64,000 bases of DNA from an uncultured delta proteobacterium (GCA_963727485.1 CAVSGM010000003.1:576001-640000), one strand, 5' to 3'. Positions 10,501-20,314 are shown, counted from the first letter of the stretch. The notes: generated from the sequence alone by a model not told the origin. Translations and numbers: made by a program.

Positions 10501-13500
10501 GCTCCCCGTGGCGCCCGCTGGCGAGGCAGGCGCGCTCCAGGCGCGCCAGGACGTCCTCGTCGCCGGGGAGGCGGGCCAGGGCCGCCCGGAGATGGGCGAC
10601 CGCCCGGTCGGGGTCGCCGATGCGCCGCTCGGCGATGGTGGCCGCGGCGAGGCGCAGCACCCCCTCCCGGCGGCTGCCCCGGTGGAGGCGGATCTGCCGC
10701 TCGAGGATCTCGAGGGCCTTCGGCCAGTCGCCCAGGCGCCCGTGGAGATCGGCGAGGCGGCTCAAGAGCGCGTCCTTGGCCTCGGGCTCGGCGTCGAGGT
10801 CGACCATCGCGGTCTCGACCCGCGCCGCCTCCTCGGGGCGGCCGAGGCGCTGCTCCAGGATGTGGGCGAGCTCGTCGAGGAGGGCGAAGCGCCGCGACGG
10901 GTCGGGGGTGTGCACCGGGTCGGCGAGGTCCTCGAGGATCGCCGCCAGGGCCTCCCACGCCGCGGCGGCGGTGTAGGCGGCGCGGAGCTGGCCGAGGATC
11001 TCCCCGAGGATCCCGGCGCCGGGCTCGGCGGCGTCCCGGGCCCGCTCCAGGCACCGGCGCGCCCGCTCCCGGCCCCGGAGGTCCTCGGGTCCCGAGGCCT
11101 GGTGGTGGGCCAGGGCCGCCCGGAGCAGGGCCTCGGCCCGGGCGCTCCCCTCGAGGCGGGCGGCCCGGGCCTCGAGGAGGCCGGCGAGATCCGCGGCGCG
11201 GCCGGCGGCCTCGAGGTGCGAGGTGAGCTCGGCCCAGAGCCCGTCGTCCTCGGGGGCGAGGAGGCAGGCCTCCTCGAGGGCCTCGCCGGCCCGGGCGGCC
11301 GCGGCGTCGTCCCCGGCGCCGGCCAGCCGGCGCCCCACCTCGTGGATCTCCTGGAGGGCCGCGGCCCGCTCCCTGGGATCGGCGAGGCGCCGGGCCCGGC
11401 GCTCCATCAGGGGGAAGGCCTTGGCGTCCTCGCCGGCGTCCCGGTAGAGGTCGAGGAGGGCCGCCTGGGCCCCGGGGTGGTCGGGGACCAGCTGGAGGGC
11501 CTTCTCGTAGGCGGCCACCGCGCCCTCGGTGTCGCCCTGCTGGTGCCGGGCCACCTCCGCGAGGCGGACGTAGAGGTCGGCCTTCTCCGGACGGCCGGTG
11601 GAGGCGGCGATCCAGTGGCGCAGGGCCCGGGCCACCTGGGGCCAGTTGCGGCGCGCGGTGTGGAAGGCGCAGAGCTCGCGGATGGCCTCGGTGTCCGCGG
11701 GGTCGGCCTCCACGGCGGCGGCCCACTCGGCGCCGACCTCGTCGCCCCGGCCGAGGCTGGCGAGGGCGTCGATGAGCTCCCGGCGCCAGAGGGGCGCGTC
11801 GGTGTGGTGCCGCGGCTCGGCGGCGAGGCGCTCGCGGAGGATGCGCACCAGGGCCAGGGCGTCGTCCTTCTGGTGGTAGAGGGCCCGCAGCCGGGCGAAG
11901 GCCTCGGCGTCGCCCGGGGCCTCGGCGAGGACCTCCTCCCAGGCCATCCGCGCCCGGGCCGGGTGCCCGAGCTGGTCGCCGAGGAGGCGGGCCAGGCGCC
12001 GGTAGCCGTCGGCGCGGCCGGGGGCCCCGGGGCCGAGGGCGCCGAGGCTCTCCTGGAGGGCGGTGGCGGTCTCCCGGGCGTCGCCCTCCTCCTCGGTGGT
12101 GTCCGCCAGGCCCTGGAGGGCCTCGACGCATCCGGGCTCGAGCGCCAGGACCCGCTGCCAGTCCTGGCGCGCGGACCGGGGATCCTGGAGGCGGGTGGCG
12201 GCAATCTCGGCGCGCTTGAGGAGGGCGGCCTTCTTCTCGCCGAGGTCGGTGGCCCCGGTCACCGCCCGCTCCAGGGCCTCGACCAGGCCCTTCCAGTCCC
12301 GGCGCTTCTCCAGGAGCCGGCACAGCGCCGCCAGGGCCTCGGCGCTCCCGCCCCGGAGGATGACGATCTCCTCGTAGACCTTGGCGGCGCCGGCGAGGTC
12401 GGCGAGCTCGGTCTCCTTCAGCTCGGCGAGGCGGAAGAGAAGCTCGCACCGCGCCTCCACCTCGTCGAGGCGGCCGGCCCGGGCCCGGTAGAAGTCGGCG
12501 AGCTCGCGCCAGGCGCCCCGGGAGACGTAGAGGGCCTCGAGGCGTGACTCCAGGGCCGGGTCGTTCCCGGAGAGGGTCACCGCCCGGGCGAGGCGGCTGG
12601 CGGCGCGGCCGGCCTCGCCGAGGTCCTCGAGGTCGACCTCGGCGATGCGCACCAGGATCGCCGCCCCGGCGCCGGCGCCGAGGCGCAGGGCCAGGTCCTC
12701 GGCGACGGCGGCGAGCTGGGCGTGGGAGCGCGAGGCGCGGCCGGTGCGGAAGAGGACCTCGAGGAGGCCGTCGGTGGCGCCCCGGGCGGCCTCGGCCTCG
12801 GGCCCAACCTGGGGCAGGATCTGGATCGCCCGCACCGCCTCGATGAACGCCCGGCCCGGGTCCTCGAGGTGGGTCTCGTAGACCTCCGCGGCCTCGGCGT
12901 GGAGGCCGGCGGCGGCCAGGGCCCGGCCCTCCTTGAGGGCGGTGCGCGCCCCCTCGGCGAGGAGGTCGGCGAGGCGGGCGTAGGCGCCCTGGCGCCGGTA
13001 GAGGTCCCGGAGGGTCTCGAAGGCCTCCCGGGCGGTCTCGCCACCGCCGGGATCGCCGAGGCGCTCCAGCGACGCGATGGCCGCGGGGTTGCCCGGGGTG
13101 AGGTCGAGGAGCTCCCGGTAGTGGACCAGGGCCGCGGCCCGGTCGTCGAGGCGGTCCTCGCAGATCCGCGCCAGCTCCCGCTTGACCGCCGCCGCCCGGG
13201 CCACGTCGCGGGTGGTGCGCCACACCGCCTCGAGCTCCTGCTGCTTGAGCCGCGCCACCTCCCGCCACCGGTTCTCGCGGCCGTGGAGCTCCCCGAGGCG
13301 CCGGAGGGCCTCGAGGTTGTCGGGGTCGACGGTGACCACCCGCTGGTAGTGGTTCACCGCCGCCTGGGGTCGCGCCAGCTCCCGGCCGTAGAGGTGGCCG
13401 AGCTTGAGGTGGAGGTAGATGCGGTCGGCGGGGGGCAGGGCCCCGGCCAGCGCCGACTCGTAGACCTGGGCCAGCTCGGCGAAGGTGCCGGTGAGCACCG

Positions 13501-14188
13501 CGAGGCGGAAGAGCTCGTCGAGGAGCTCCCGGTCCGGCGAGGCGAGGCGGGCGGCGCGGACCAGGGCGAAGAAGGCGCGGTCCCGGTCGCCGGCGGCCTC
13601 CCGGGTGCGGCTCTCGGCCCGGAGGACGGCGCGCTCGTCGGCGTCGCTCTCGCAGTCGGCGGCGAGGGCCTCGAGGGCCTCGAGCACCACCTCCGGGGGC
13701 AGGCCCCGCCCCACGAGGGCCTCACACTGGCGGATCACCGGGGACGCCGGCGCCGCGCCCGGGGCCGCGCCCGCGCCCGGGCCCGCGCCCGGGGTCCCGG
13801 TGGCCCCGGCCGGCGCCGCCGGGGTTCCGCCCCTCGTCGTCCCGGGCGTCGCCGCGCCGGTCCCGGGATCGGTCACGGCGCCGTCGTCGAGGGGCGGCGC
13901 GGCCACGGGCATCGGCTCCCCGCGCCCGCGCCGGGCCCGGCGCCCGCCGGGGAGGACCGGGACCTTCACCGTGGCCTCGCGCCCGCCGTCGGGGTCGTCG
14001 GGGCGATCGCCCCGCACCCGCCGGAAGGCCTCCTCGGCCCGGAGCCCGGCGGGGATGGTGATCTCGCCGGTGGGGATGTCGTCGAGGAAGCGCGCCTCGC
14101 CGAGGGTCTTCACCCCCAGCTCGAGGTCGCCCTCGGGGTCGGTCCCCTTCTGGGGCTCGTCCCCCTTGCCCTCGGTCTTGCCACCCAC
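7526..14188 (-). CDS. giant (2220 aa) tetratricopeptide-repeat protein, myxobacterial AgmK-like
   Basis: Dozens of TPR-like helical repeats (e.g. AVNHYQRVVTVDPDNLEALRRLGELH); C-terminal RAGLLLAG...LRELVRF...LRRKLG tail. Confidence 0.8.
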   Translation of the reverse strand: MGGKTEGKGDEPQKGTDPEGDLELGVKTLGEARFLDDIPTGEITIPAGLRAEEAFRRVRGDRPDDPDGGREATVKVPVLPGGRRARRGRGEPMPVAAPPLDDGAVTDPGTGAATPGTTRGGTPAAPAGATGTPGAGPGAGAAPGAAPASPVIRQCEALVGRGLPPEVVLEALEALAADCESDADERAVLRAESRTREAAGDRDRAFFALVRAARLASPDRELLDELFRLAVLTGTFAELAQVYESALAGALPPADRIYLHLKLGHLYGRELARPQAAVNHYQRVVTVDPDNLEALRRLGELHGRENRWREVARLKQQELEAVWRTTRDVARAAAVKRELARICEDRLDDRAAALVHYRELLDLTPGNPAAIASLERLGDPGGGETAREAFETLRDLYRRQGAYARLADLLAEGARTALKEGRALAAAGLHAEAAEVYETHLEDPGRAFIEAVRAIQILPQVGPEAEAARGATDGLLEVLFRTGRASRSHAQLAAVAEDLALRLGAGAGAAILVRIAEVDLEDLGEAGRAASRLARAVTLSGNDPALESRLEALYVSRGAWRELADFYRARAGRLDEVEARCELLFRLAELKETELADLAGAAKVYEEIVILRGGSAEALAALCRLLEKRRDWKGLVEALERAVTGATDLGEKKAALLKRAEIAATRLQDPRSARQDWQRVLALEPGCVEALQGLADTTEEEGDARETATALQESLGALGPGAPGRADGYRRLARLLGDQLGHPARARMAWEEVLAEAPGDAEAFARLRALYHQKDDALALVRILRERLAAEPRHHTDAPLWRRELIDALASLGRGDEVGAEWAAAVEADPADTEAIRELCAFHTARRNWPQVARALRHWIAASTGRPEKADLYVRLAEVARHQQGDTEGAVAAYEKALQLVPDHPGAQAALLDLYRDAGEDAKAFPLMERRARRLADPRERAAALQEIHEVGRRLAGAGDDAAAARAGEALEEACLLAPEDDGLWAELTSHLEAAGRAADLAGLLEARAARLEGSARAEALLRAALAHHQASGPEDLRGRERARRCLERARDAAEPGAGILGEILGQLRAAYTAAAAWEALAAILEDLADPVHTPDPSRRFALLDELAHILEQRLGRPEEAARVETAMVDLDAEPEAKDALLSRLADLHGRLGDWPKALEILERQIRLHRGSRREGVLRLAAATIAERRIGDPDRAVAHLRAALARLPGDEDVLARLERACLASGRHGELAAILGDAARRVDDDDRRGTLLLRAAGIKETTLGDLAGARADLEAVMALPEVSPPVAEEAVAGLVRLLSAMAAYADLAKLYEGLAAATGDPEVQGDLRVILGLVQEEQLHDEAAALAAYRAALAVDPDNTAALDGVARLAEAADDLDTAIEMRRQEASLALGGEAQAGRLTQVGRLLEARGDDAEALAAYRAAAEADPGALPARRALLRLLRLTGDDAGIIEVARILAARARSGGERAALLTEVGERLEAADDETGAAEAFAAALDADPDHPTAGAALAAIHLARGDAEAASALLERAARGLSPDADRETLAGVLAQAATASEILGRQAAATGHLEEALRLGPTRPATLDALARLLEARGDAPRAYEVLRTFADHADDLEAVDRADLLRRTAACLSAMGRPGDAASLLEQAQVLAPGDRRVLSDLATVFSATGRWAEVVEVRERLRHQASDPETRRRLDLDIASVWAEHLHDAGRAAEVLERALAEHPDDPAVLDALAREQRKLGAFLEAAGSLRRRLAGEPDPALRGQLQLRLADLLRDHLDDPVTAAECYQGALELAGEGPAVEAALSGLRELAARTRDAAPLAAGLAWLAGRRETGPTEAALVRELAEVRRYQLGDLAGAMAALSRLLDLEPDDLKAAEDLARLAERTGRKDDADAAWRRVLTASPFDVDAYRALLRLRDAAGDRDAAAMVASLLVLVDEADGPTRRLAEALDAGPRPARALTPSARETLLDHPGTRGPAADLVAALGAEGASLFAPTGRAARLRTGGSFTTSAGPFAERVAEALLLAVRTLGIPAADLHLAPAGGEAVFAPVLAPKPVLTVAPEVVAGHRALDAAALRFHAARALMGMRPGWVAARVLSLAELKQLVDAAVIFGGAAETLGAEAEAAARPLAARLEKALPAERRPGVGDAARRFAEARRVGDLITFAEAVEHSAVRAGLLLAGTPQAAVEALRIEGEVARQALRELVRFAIDPAHGALRRKLGLTIA

Positions 14189-14195
14189 CGGCCGA

Positions 14196-15389
14196 TCAGC
14201 TCTCTGCCCCGAAGGCGTCCTGGCCGGTGATGTAGCGGCCGAGGGCGAGGGTGTGGATGTCGTGGGTGCCCTCGTAGGTGCGCACCGTCTCCAGGTTGCA
14301 CAGGTGGCGCATGACGCCGTAGTCGAGGGTGATGCCGTTGGCGCCCATGATGTCCCGGGCGCTTCGGGCGCAGAGCAGCGCGGTGTCCACGCAGTCGCGC
14401 TTGGCGAAGCTGACCATCATCGGCGACAGCCGCCCCTCCTCCTTGAGCTTGCCGAGGCGCAGCATCAGGTGCTGGGCGTGGGTGAGCCGGGTGTGCATGT
14501 CCACGAGCTTCTGCTGCACCAGCTGGAAGGCGCCGATGGGCTTGCCGAACTGGGTGCGCTCCCCGGCGTAGTCCCGGGCCCGGGCGAAGCAGTCGATGGC
14601 GGCGCCCACCACCCCGAAGGCGATGCCGAAGCGCGCCTGGTTGAGGGTCTTCAGGGGCGCCCGCAGGCCCTCGGCCCCGGGGAGGATCGCGGTCTCGGGG
14701 ACCTCGCAGTCGTCGAGGTGCAGGGAGCTGGTGACCGAGCAGCGCATCGAGAGCTTGCCGTGGATGTCGGTGGCCTCGAAGCCCGGGGTCCCCTTCTCCA
14801 CCAGGAACCCCCGGATGCTCTCCGGCCCCTCGCCGGCGCCCTCGAGCTTGGCCCAGACGATGGCCACGTCGGCGATGGAGCCGTTGGTGATCCAGGTCTT
14901 CTCGCCCGAGAGCACGTAGCCGCCATCGGTCTTCCGCGCCCGGGTGCGCATGCCCCCGGGGTTGGAGCCGAAGTCGGGCTCGGTGAGGCCGAAGCAGCCC
15001 ACGGCCTTGCCCTCGCGCAGGGCGGGGAGCCACTGCTGCTTCTGCGCCTCGGTGCCGAAGGTGAAGATGGGCCACATGGCGAGCATCCCCTGGACGCTGG
15101 CCATGGAGCGCAATCCGCTGTCGCCGCGCTCGAGCTCCATCATCATCACCCCGTAGGTGAGCGGCGAGGCCCCGGGGCAGCCGTAGCCGTCGAGGGTGGC
15201 GCCGAAGAGGCCGAGCTCGGCCATCTTGGGGATGAGCTCGGTGGGGAAGGTGCCGGCCTCGTAGTGCCGGTCCACCCGCGGCAGGAACTCCCGGTCCACG
15301 AACTGGGCGACGGCCTCCCGGGCCGCGCGGGCCTCGTCGGGGAGCAGCTCGTCGAGGAGGAGGAAGTCGGTGAGGGCGCCGCAGTGCAT
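14196..15389 (-). CDS. gcdH: acyl-CoA dehydrogenase, glutaryl-CoA dehydrogenase-like
   Basis: ELERGDSGLRS, GCFGLTEPDFGSNPGGM, KTWITNG, LNQARFGI, RTQFGKPIG, TYEGTHDIH. Confidence 0.85.
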   Translation of the reverse strand: MHCGALTDFLLLDELLPDEARAAREAVAQFVDREFLPRVDRHYEAGTFPTELIPKMAELGLFGATLDGYGCPGASPLTYGVMMMELERGDSGLRSMASVQGMLAMWPIFTFGTEAQKQQWLPALREGKAVGCFGLTEPDFGSNPGGMRTRARKTDGGYVLSGEKTWITNGSIADVAIVWAKLEGAGEGPESIRGFLVEKGTPGFEATDIHGKLSMRCSVTSSLHLDDCEVPETAILPGAEGLRAPLKTLNQARFGIAFGVVGAAIDCFARARDYAGERTQFGKPIGAFQLVQQKLVDMHTRLTHAQHLMLRLGKLKEEGRLSPMMVSFAKRDCVDTALLCARSARDIMGANGITLDYGVMRHLCNLETVRTYEGTHDIHTLALGRYITGQDAFGAES

Positions 15390-15406
15390 GTCGGCCTCGC
15401 TAGAGT

Positions 15407-15853
15407 TCAGGGAGCGGGCAGCTCCAGGGTGACGTCCACGACCTCGCCCGCCTTGAAGGTGACCTTCGCGTCCGCCGACTGCACCACACTTCCGTACTGG
15501 TCTTCGGCGTCCGCGGTGACGGTGATCTCGTCGCCGGGGCCCGTCTTCTGGCCGGGGAGGATGCTGAGGGTCTGGGGGAAGGTCTCGCCGATCTGGAAGG
15601 GCTTGGTCGTCTGGGCGATGGGCTGGCCCCCCTGGGTGACGATGATGACCATCGAGGTGAAGTCGGTGCCCGGGGTCAGGGGCCGGTCCTTGGGGGTGGT
15701 GAGGTGTACCATCACCGCCGTGGCGCCGCCGCAGGATATCGACCCGGCGACGAGGCCACCGGCAAGCGCCAGGGCGGCGAGGGTCCGCAGGGGAGGGTAG
15801 CCGCGGATCCGGGACCGCGCCCGGCCCCGGGCCACAGGTAAGCAGGCGCTCAT
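15407..15853 (-). CDS. hypothetical exported/lipoprotein with a beta-rich domain
   Basis: Hydrophobic segment ending GSISC, then a beta-strand-like domain; ATGA overlap with the upstream gene. Confidence 0.6.
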   Translation of the reverse strand: MSACLPVARGRARSRIRGYPPLRTLAALALAGGLVAGSISCGGATAVMVHLTTPKDRPLTPGTDFTSMVIIVTQGGQPIAQTTKPFQIGETFPQTLSILPGQKTGPGDEITVTADAEDQYGSVVQSADAKVTFKAGEVVDVTLELPAP

Positions 15854-16781
15854 GGGCGGCGCTCCGGGAGCTGGACGGTGCCCAGGCTCCCCTCGGGGAT
15901 GGGGACCGGCCTCGTGGCCGCGTAGGTCCCGGCGCCGGCGCCCACCACCACCGCCCCGGCGATGGCCCACACCCACCAGTGCTGGTACCACTTGGGCGGC
16001 ACCGGCTTCGGCTGCGGCTTCGGGGGCGGCGGCGGGATGTCCACGGCCTCGAGGCGCGAGGCGGGGACCACCTGGAGGCGGTGGGGGTGGGCGGGGGTGC
16101 CGCTCTGGTCGAGGACGGTGCCGTCGGCGCCGGCGGCGGCGACGTAGTAGTCGAGCTCGTAGCCCACCGGATCGGTGCCCGGGTCGGGGACGGTGAGGTA
16201 GGCCTGGAGGCCGCCGCCGATCCCCGGGTGCAGCCGCTGCTCGGTGTAGGGGCGGTCCGGGTCGAGGCGCCAGGCGACGTAGAGCTGGGCCACCCGGTGC
16301 TCGGGGTCGATGACCCGGGCGGCGATGCGCACCGGGCGGTTCCCGGCGGCGCGGAACACCGGGGTGTGGACCACCCGGACGGTCTTGGCCTTGAGGTGGG
16401 CGGCCAGCGCCCTCGCCACCGCGTCGGGGACCCAGTCAGGCGGCCGCCACGACGGGTCGATGCGCAACGCGGCGTCGAGGGCGGCGTCGGAGGCGGCGGG
16501 CCTGGGCGGGTCGACCCCGCGGAGGCAGACGGCGCGCATCCCCTGGATGTCCCGGAGGATGTCCTTGGGGTTGCCGGGGAAGCGGGCGGCGCCGTCGAGG
16601 TACTCGAGGCACTTGTCGTACTGCCCCGCCCGGGCCCGCTTGACGGCCTCGAGGAGGTACTGGTTCTTCGGAGCGGGCGCGGGCGCGGGCGGCGCGGCGC
16701 CTGGGCCCACGCCGCCGGGACGACCGCCCCGAGGGCGAGGGCCAGGACGATCCCCCGGCGAAGCTTCCCCGCGTGCACCAC
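15850..16781 (-). CDS. exported protein with TPR-like N-domain and C-terminal TM anchor; frameshift near 16697
   Basis: Signal peptide (LALALGAVVPAAWAQ) in one frame, mature part (KNQYLLEAV...KWYQHWWVWAIAGAVVVGAG) in the next frame. Confidence 0.6.
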
Positions 16782-16810
16782 CCCCCGAGACTAGCGCGTC
16801 ACCAGGCGGC

Positions 16811-17764
16811 CTAGAAGCCCTCCGGGGCCGGGCCCCCGAGGGCGTCGACCACCGAGGCGAGGTCGCCGGGGATGGGGGCCACGAGGACCATCGGCCGGCC
16901 GGTCCGGGGGTGGTCGAGGGCGAGGCGGCCGGCGTGGAGGAGGGTGCGGCCGGGCTCGAGGCGCCGGCCGTCGGGGAAGGTGAGGGCCGCGGGGCCGCCG
17001 TAGCGGGTGTCGCCGAGGATCGGGGCGCCGAGGTGGGCGAGGTGGGCCCGGAGCTGGTGGGTGCGCCCGGTCTCGGGGTGGAGGCGCACCAGGGCGATGC
17101 CCCGGGGGTCGACCTCGCGGCCGAAGACCGCCTCCACCCGCCAGCCGGTCACCGCCGGGACCCCGCCCTCCTCCACCACCCGGAACCGGGCCTGCATCGC
17201 CGGGTCCCGGGCGAGGCGGGCCTCGAGGCGGCCCTCGGCGGGCTCGGGGACCCCGAGGGTCACCGCCAGGTACGTCTTGTCCACCCGGCCGGCGCGGAAG
17301 GCCTCGTTGAGCGCCGCGGTGGCGCGCCGGGTCCGGGCGAGGACGGTGACCCCGCTGGTCTCGAGATCGAGGCGGTGGACCAGGTGCACCGGGCGCCGGA
17401 GCGCGGCGGCGACCCGGTCGGGGAGGGCGTCGCCGGCGCGGGTCCGGGTGGCCTGGGCCGGGACGCCCGGGGGCTTGTCCACGGCCACCAGGTCCGCGTC
17501 CTTGTAGAGGAAGCGGTCCCGGGGGAGGGGCTCGGCGGGGGTGGCCCCGGGGGCCCGGCCGGCCTCCTCGAGGGTCACCTCGATCCGCTGGCCGGCGCGC
17601 AGGGGCCGGCTGGCCACCTTCACCCGATGGCCGTCGACGAAGACCGCCCCGGACGCCAGCGCCCGGCGCGCCTCGCCCCGGGACACGTCGCCCCGGGCGG
17701 CGATGACCTTGTCGAGGCGACCGCCGGCGTCGGCGTCGACGGTCTGGAACGCGAGGCGCCTCAG
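16811..17764 (-). CDS. RluA family pseudouridine synthase with S4 domain
   Basis: RLDKVI..SR..ARRAL..GAVFVDG (S4), VDKPPG, VHRLDLETSG, TGRTHQLRAH, ILGDTRYG, LHA; start uncertain (CTG at 17764). Confidence 0.9.
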   Translation of the reverse strand: MRRLAFQTVDADAGGRLDKVIAARGDVSRGEARRALASGAVFVDGHRVKVASRPLRAGQRIEVTLEEAGRAPGATPAEPLPRDRFLYKDADLVAVDKPPGVPAQATRTRAGDALPDRVAAALRRPVHLVHRLDLETSGVTVLARTRRATAALNEAFRAGRVDKTYLAVTLGVPEPAEGRLEARLARDPAMQARFRVVEEGGVPAVTGWRVEAVFGREVDPRGIALVRLHPETGRTHQLRAHLAHLGAPILGDTRYGGPAALTFPDGRRLEPGRTLLHAGRLALDHPRTGRPMVLVAPIPGDLASVVDALGGPAPEGF

Positions 17765-18051
17765 GCCGCGGACGCCTTGGAGCCCGAGGAGCCGGACCCG
17801 GAGGAGCTGCCGCCGGAGCCGGAGCCCGAGGCGGAGCCCGAGCCGGAGGACGAGGAGCCGCCGCCGCCCTTGAGGCCGTAGTGGTCCTTGTACCAACCGC
17901 CGCCCTTGAGGGTGAACGACGTGGCCGAGATGACCCGGCGCACCGGGCCGCCGCACTCGCCCTCGTGGGTCTCCAGGGCGTCCTCGCTCATCTTCTGCCA
18001 GACCTCGAAGGACTGCCCGCACTTGTCGCAGACGTACTCGTAGATGGGCAT
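17761..18051 (-). CDS. FmdB family zinc-ribbon protein
   Basis: MPIYEYVCDKCG...ECGGPVRRVIS..F.LKGGGWY; Gly/Ser-rich tail. Confidence 0.9.
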   Translation of the reverse strand: MPIYEYVCDKCGQSFEVWQKMSEDALETHEGECGGPVRRVISATSFTLKGGGWYKDHYGLKGGGGSSSSGSGSASGSGSGGSSSGSGSSGSKASAA

Positions 18052-18351
18052 CTCGTGCTCCTTGACCCCGATAGGGTAAGCAGGAACCGGCGACGTCAAC
18101 CCCGGCTTCCCCGCGGGCGAGCCAGGCCGGTTCCGAGCGTATCGCCGACCATTCTACCGGGGCCGGGGCGGGTGGGTCCATGCCCCTTCGCGGGCGCGGT
18201 CCGGCGACGGCCTCCGGGCCCGCCCGGGATGATTCCGGCCACCTCGCTGTTGAGGGGGGCGAGCGAAGGTGATCCGGACCACGTGGGCTTGCCCGAAATG
18301 GCCCCCGGGCTACCTTCCGCAACGATTGGACCCCAGCCGGAGAGGTGGAAG

Positions 18352-19845
18352 ATGTCGCATCGACAGGATGGTGGAAGAAGGTGGAACCCGGTGCTGGCCG
18401 CGCTGCTCGTGGCCCCCCTGCTCACCCTGGTGACCTGCCTGGGCGGCACCCCCCAGGGCGCGGCGATGGCCGAGTCCGACGCCGCCGGCTCCGGGGGCAC
18501 CGCCGCCGCGGCCCCGGCGACCGCGAAGGTCAGCGGGCTGCCGAGCTTCGCGAACCTGGCCCAGGCCCTGACCCCCTCGGTGGTCAACGTCTCGACCACC
18601 CGGATCATCCGGCCCAAGCTGCCCCCGGGCCATCCCTACGGCGGCCAGGGCTTCGGTCCCTTCTGGCGCTTCTTCGGCCAGCCCCAGCAGCAGGGCCCCC
18701 AGAAGGTCCAGAGCCTGGGCTCGGGCTACGTCATCGACACCCAGGGCCACATCGTCACCAACAACCACGTGGTCGCCCACGCCGACAAGATCTTCGTCAC
18801 CTTCGTCGGCGACGATCACCAGTACCAGGCGAAGATTGTCGGGACCGACAAGCTCACCGACATCGCGGTGATCAAGGTCGAGCACCCGCCCAAGGACCTC
18901 AAGCCGGTGTCCTTCGGTGACTCGTCGAAGATGCGCGTCGGCGACTGGGTGGTCGCCATCGGCAACCCCTTCGGGCTGAACTCCACGGTGACCGCCGGGA
19001 TCATCAGCGCCAAGGGCCGCCACCTCGGCAGCTCCAGCTACGAGGACTTCCTCCAGACCGACGCCTCGATCAACCCCGGCAACTCCGGCGGCCCGCTGGT
19101 GGACCTCGAGGGCCAGGTCATCGGGATGAACTCGGCGATCTACAGCCGCAGCGGTGGCAACATCGGCATCGGCTTCGCCATCCCCAGCAACATCATCCAG
19201 AAGATCGTCCCCCAGCTCGAGCAGCACGGGAAGGTGACCCGGGGCTGGCTCGGCGTCTACATCCAGAAGGTCACCCACGACATGGCCGGAGCGCTCGGCC
19301 TGAAGGCCCCCGAGGGCGCCCTCATCGCCCAGGTGGTCGACGGCGGCCCGGCGTCGAAGGCCGGGATCAAGTCGGGCGACGTGATCCTCGCCTGGAACGG
19401 CGAGGCGGTGAAGGCCTCCGACGACCTGCCCTTCCTGGTGGCCCGGACCGCGCCGGGGACCAAGGCCAAGGTCACCCTGCTGCGCGACGGCAAGAAGAAG
19501 ACCCTCACCGTGAAGGTCGAGGCCCTGCCGGCCAACGGGAAGGTCTCGGCGAAGGGCGGGAGCCAGGGCGACCTGGGGCTCTCGGTGCAGCCGGTGACCC
19601 CCGACGTGGCGCGGCAGCTCGGCCTCGATCACGCCCGGGGCGTGGTGGTCACCCGCGTCGATCCGGGGAGCCCCGCCGACCAGGCGGGCCTCGACCAGGG
19701 CGACGTCATCCTGCGCATCGGCGACCGGGACATCCGGAACCAGGGCGACTACCAGGCGGCCATCGCCGGGGCCAAGAAGGGCAAGACGGTCCTGGTCCGG
19801 GCCTGGCGCGACGGGCACACGCTCTTCTTCGCCCTGCGCCCGTGA
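18352..19845 (+). CDS. degP: Do/DegP/HtrA serine endopeptidase with two PDZ domains
   Basis: TNNHVV, DIAVIK, QTDASINPGNSGGPL, RGWLGV, second PDZ LGLSVQ. Confidence 0.93.
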   Translation: MSHRQDGGRRWNPVLAALLVAPLLTLVTCLGGTPQGAAMAESDAAGSGGTAAAAPATAKVSGLPSFANLAQALTPSVVNVSTTRIIRPKLPPGHPYGGQGFGPFWRFFGQPQQQGPQKVQSLGSGYVIDTQGHIVTNNHVVAHADKIFVTFVGDDHQYQAKIVGTDKLTDIAVIKVEHPPKDLKPVSFGDSSKMRVGDWVVAIGNPFGLNSTVTAGIISAKGRHLGSSSYEDFLQTDASINPGNSGGPLVDLEGQVIGMNSAIYSRSGGNIGIGFAIPSNIIQKIVPQLEQHGKVTRGWLGVYIQKVTHDMAGALGLKAPEGALIAQVVDGGPASKAGIKSGDVILAWNGEAVKASDDLPFLVARTAPGTKAKVTLLRDGKKKTLTVKVEALPANGKVSAKGGSQGDLGLSVQPVTPDVARQLGLDHARGVVVTRVDPGSPADQAGLDQGDVILRIGDRDIRNQGDYQAAIAGAKKGKTVLVRAWRDGHTLFFALRP

Positions 19846-19867
19846 CCGGATCCGTCGCAGGTATCCG

Positions 19868-19896
19868 TTGACGGGGCCGCCGTCCTTCCCTAGGTT
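19868..19896 (+). promoter_or_regulatory. sigma70-type promoter for the response regulator
   Basis: TTGACG-17 nt-TAGGTT. Confidence 0.45.
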
Positions 19897-19921
19897 CGAT
19901 CCGGGGGAGGGCGGAGGCCCC

Positions 19922-20314
19922 ATGGGCTTGCGCGTCCTGATCATCGAGGACAACCCGGATCACGCACTGCTGACGCGGTGGGCGCTGGAGCGCGACGGCC
20001 ATGTGGCGGCCGTGGAGGTCGCCGACGACGCCGTCGCGGTGGTCGACGGGCTCCGGGCCCGGGCCGCGGGCGACCGCCCGGACCTGGTGCTCGTGGACCT
20101 GAAGCTCCCCGGCGTCTCGGGCTTCGAGATCCTGGAGGCCCTCAAGGCCGAGGTGGCGACCCGGGAGATCCCGGTGGTCATCCTCTCGACCTCGGCGCGG
20201 GAAGAGGAGATTGCCCAGGGGATGCGCCGGGGGGCGCGGGCGTTCCTCACCAAGCCCCTCCAGGTGCCGGCGCTCCTCGAGGCCCTCGGGGTGCCCGGCG
20301 CGCCGGCGGGGTGA
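19922..20314 (+). CDS. single-domain response regulator (CheY-like receiver)
   Basis: VLIIEDN, LVLVDLKLPGVSG, VILST, FLTKP. Confidence 0.92.
   Translation: MGLRVLIIEDNPDHALLTRWALERDGHVAAVEVADDAVAVVDGLRARAAGDRPDLVLVDLKLPGVSGFEILEALKAEVATREIPVVILSTSAREEEIAQGMRRGARAFLTKPLQVPALLEALGVPGAPAG

Noticed and set aside
7565..12547. Very long antisense or alternate-frame ORFs (also 41891-45922 and 51914-56557)
   Set aside because: Expected stop-codon scarcity at >70% GC; they overlap well-supported genes and have no motifs.
14196..16781. 861-aa ORF suggesting a secreted acyl-CoA dehydrogenase fusion
   Set aside because: Artefact of open shadow frames plus a frameshift; the dehydrogenase has its own ATG at 15389 and two other genes occupy the upstream part.
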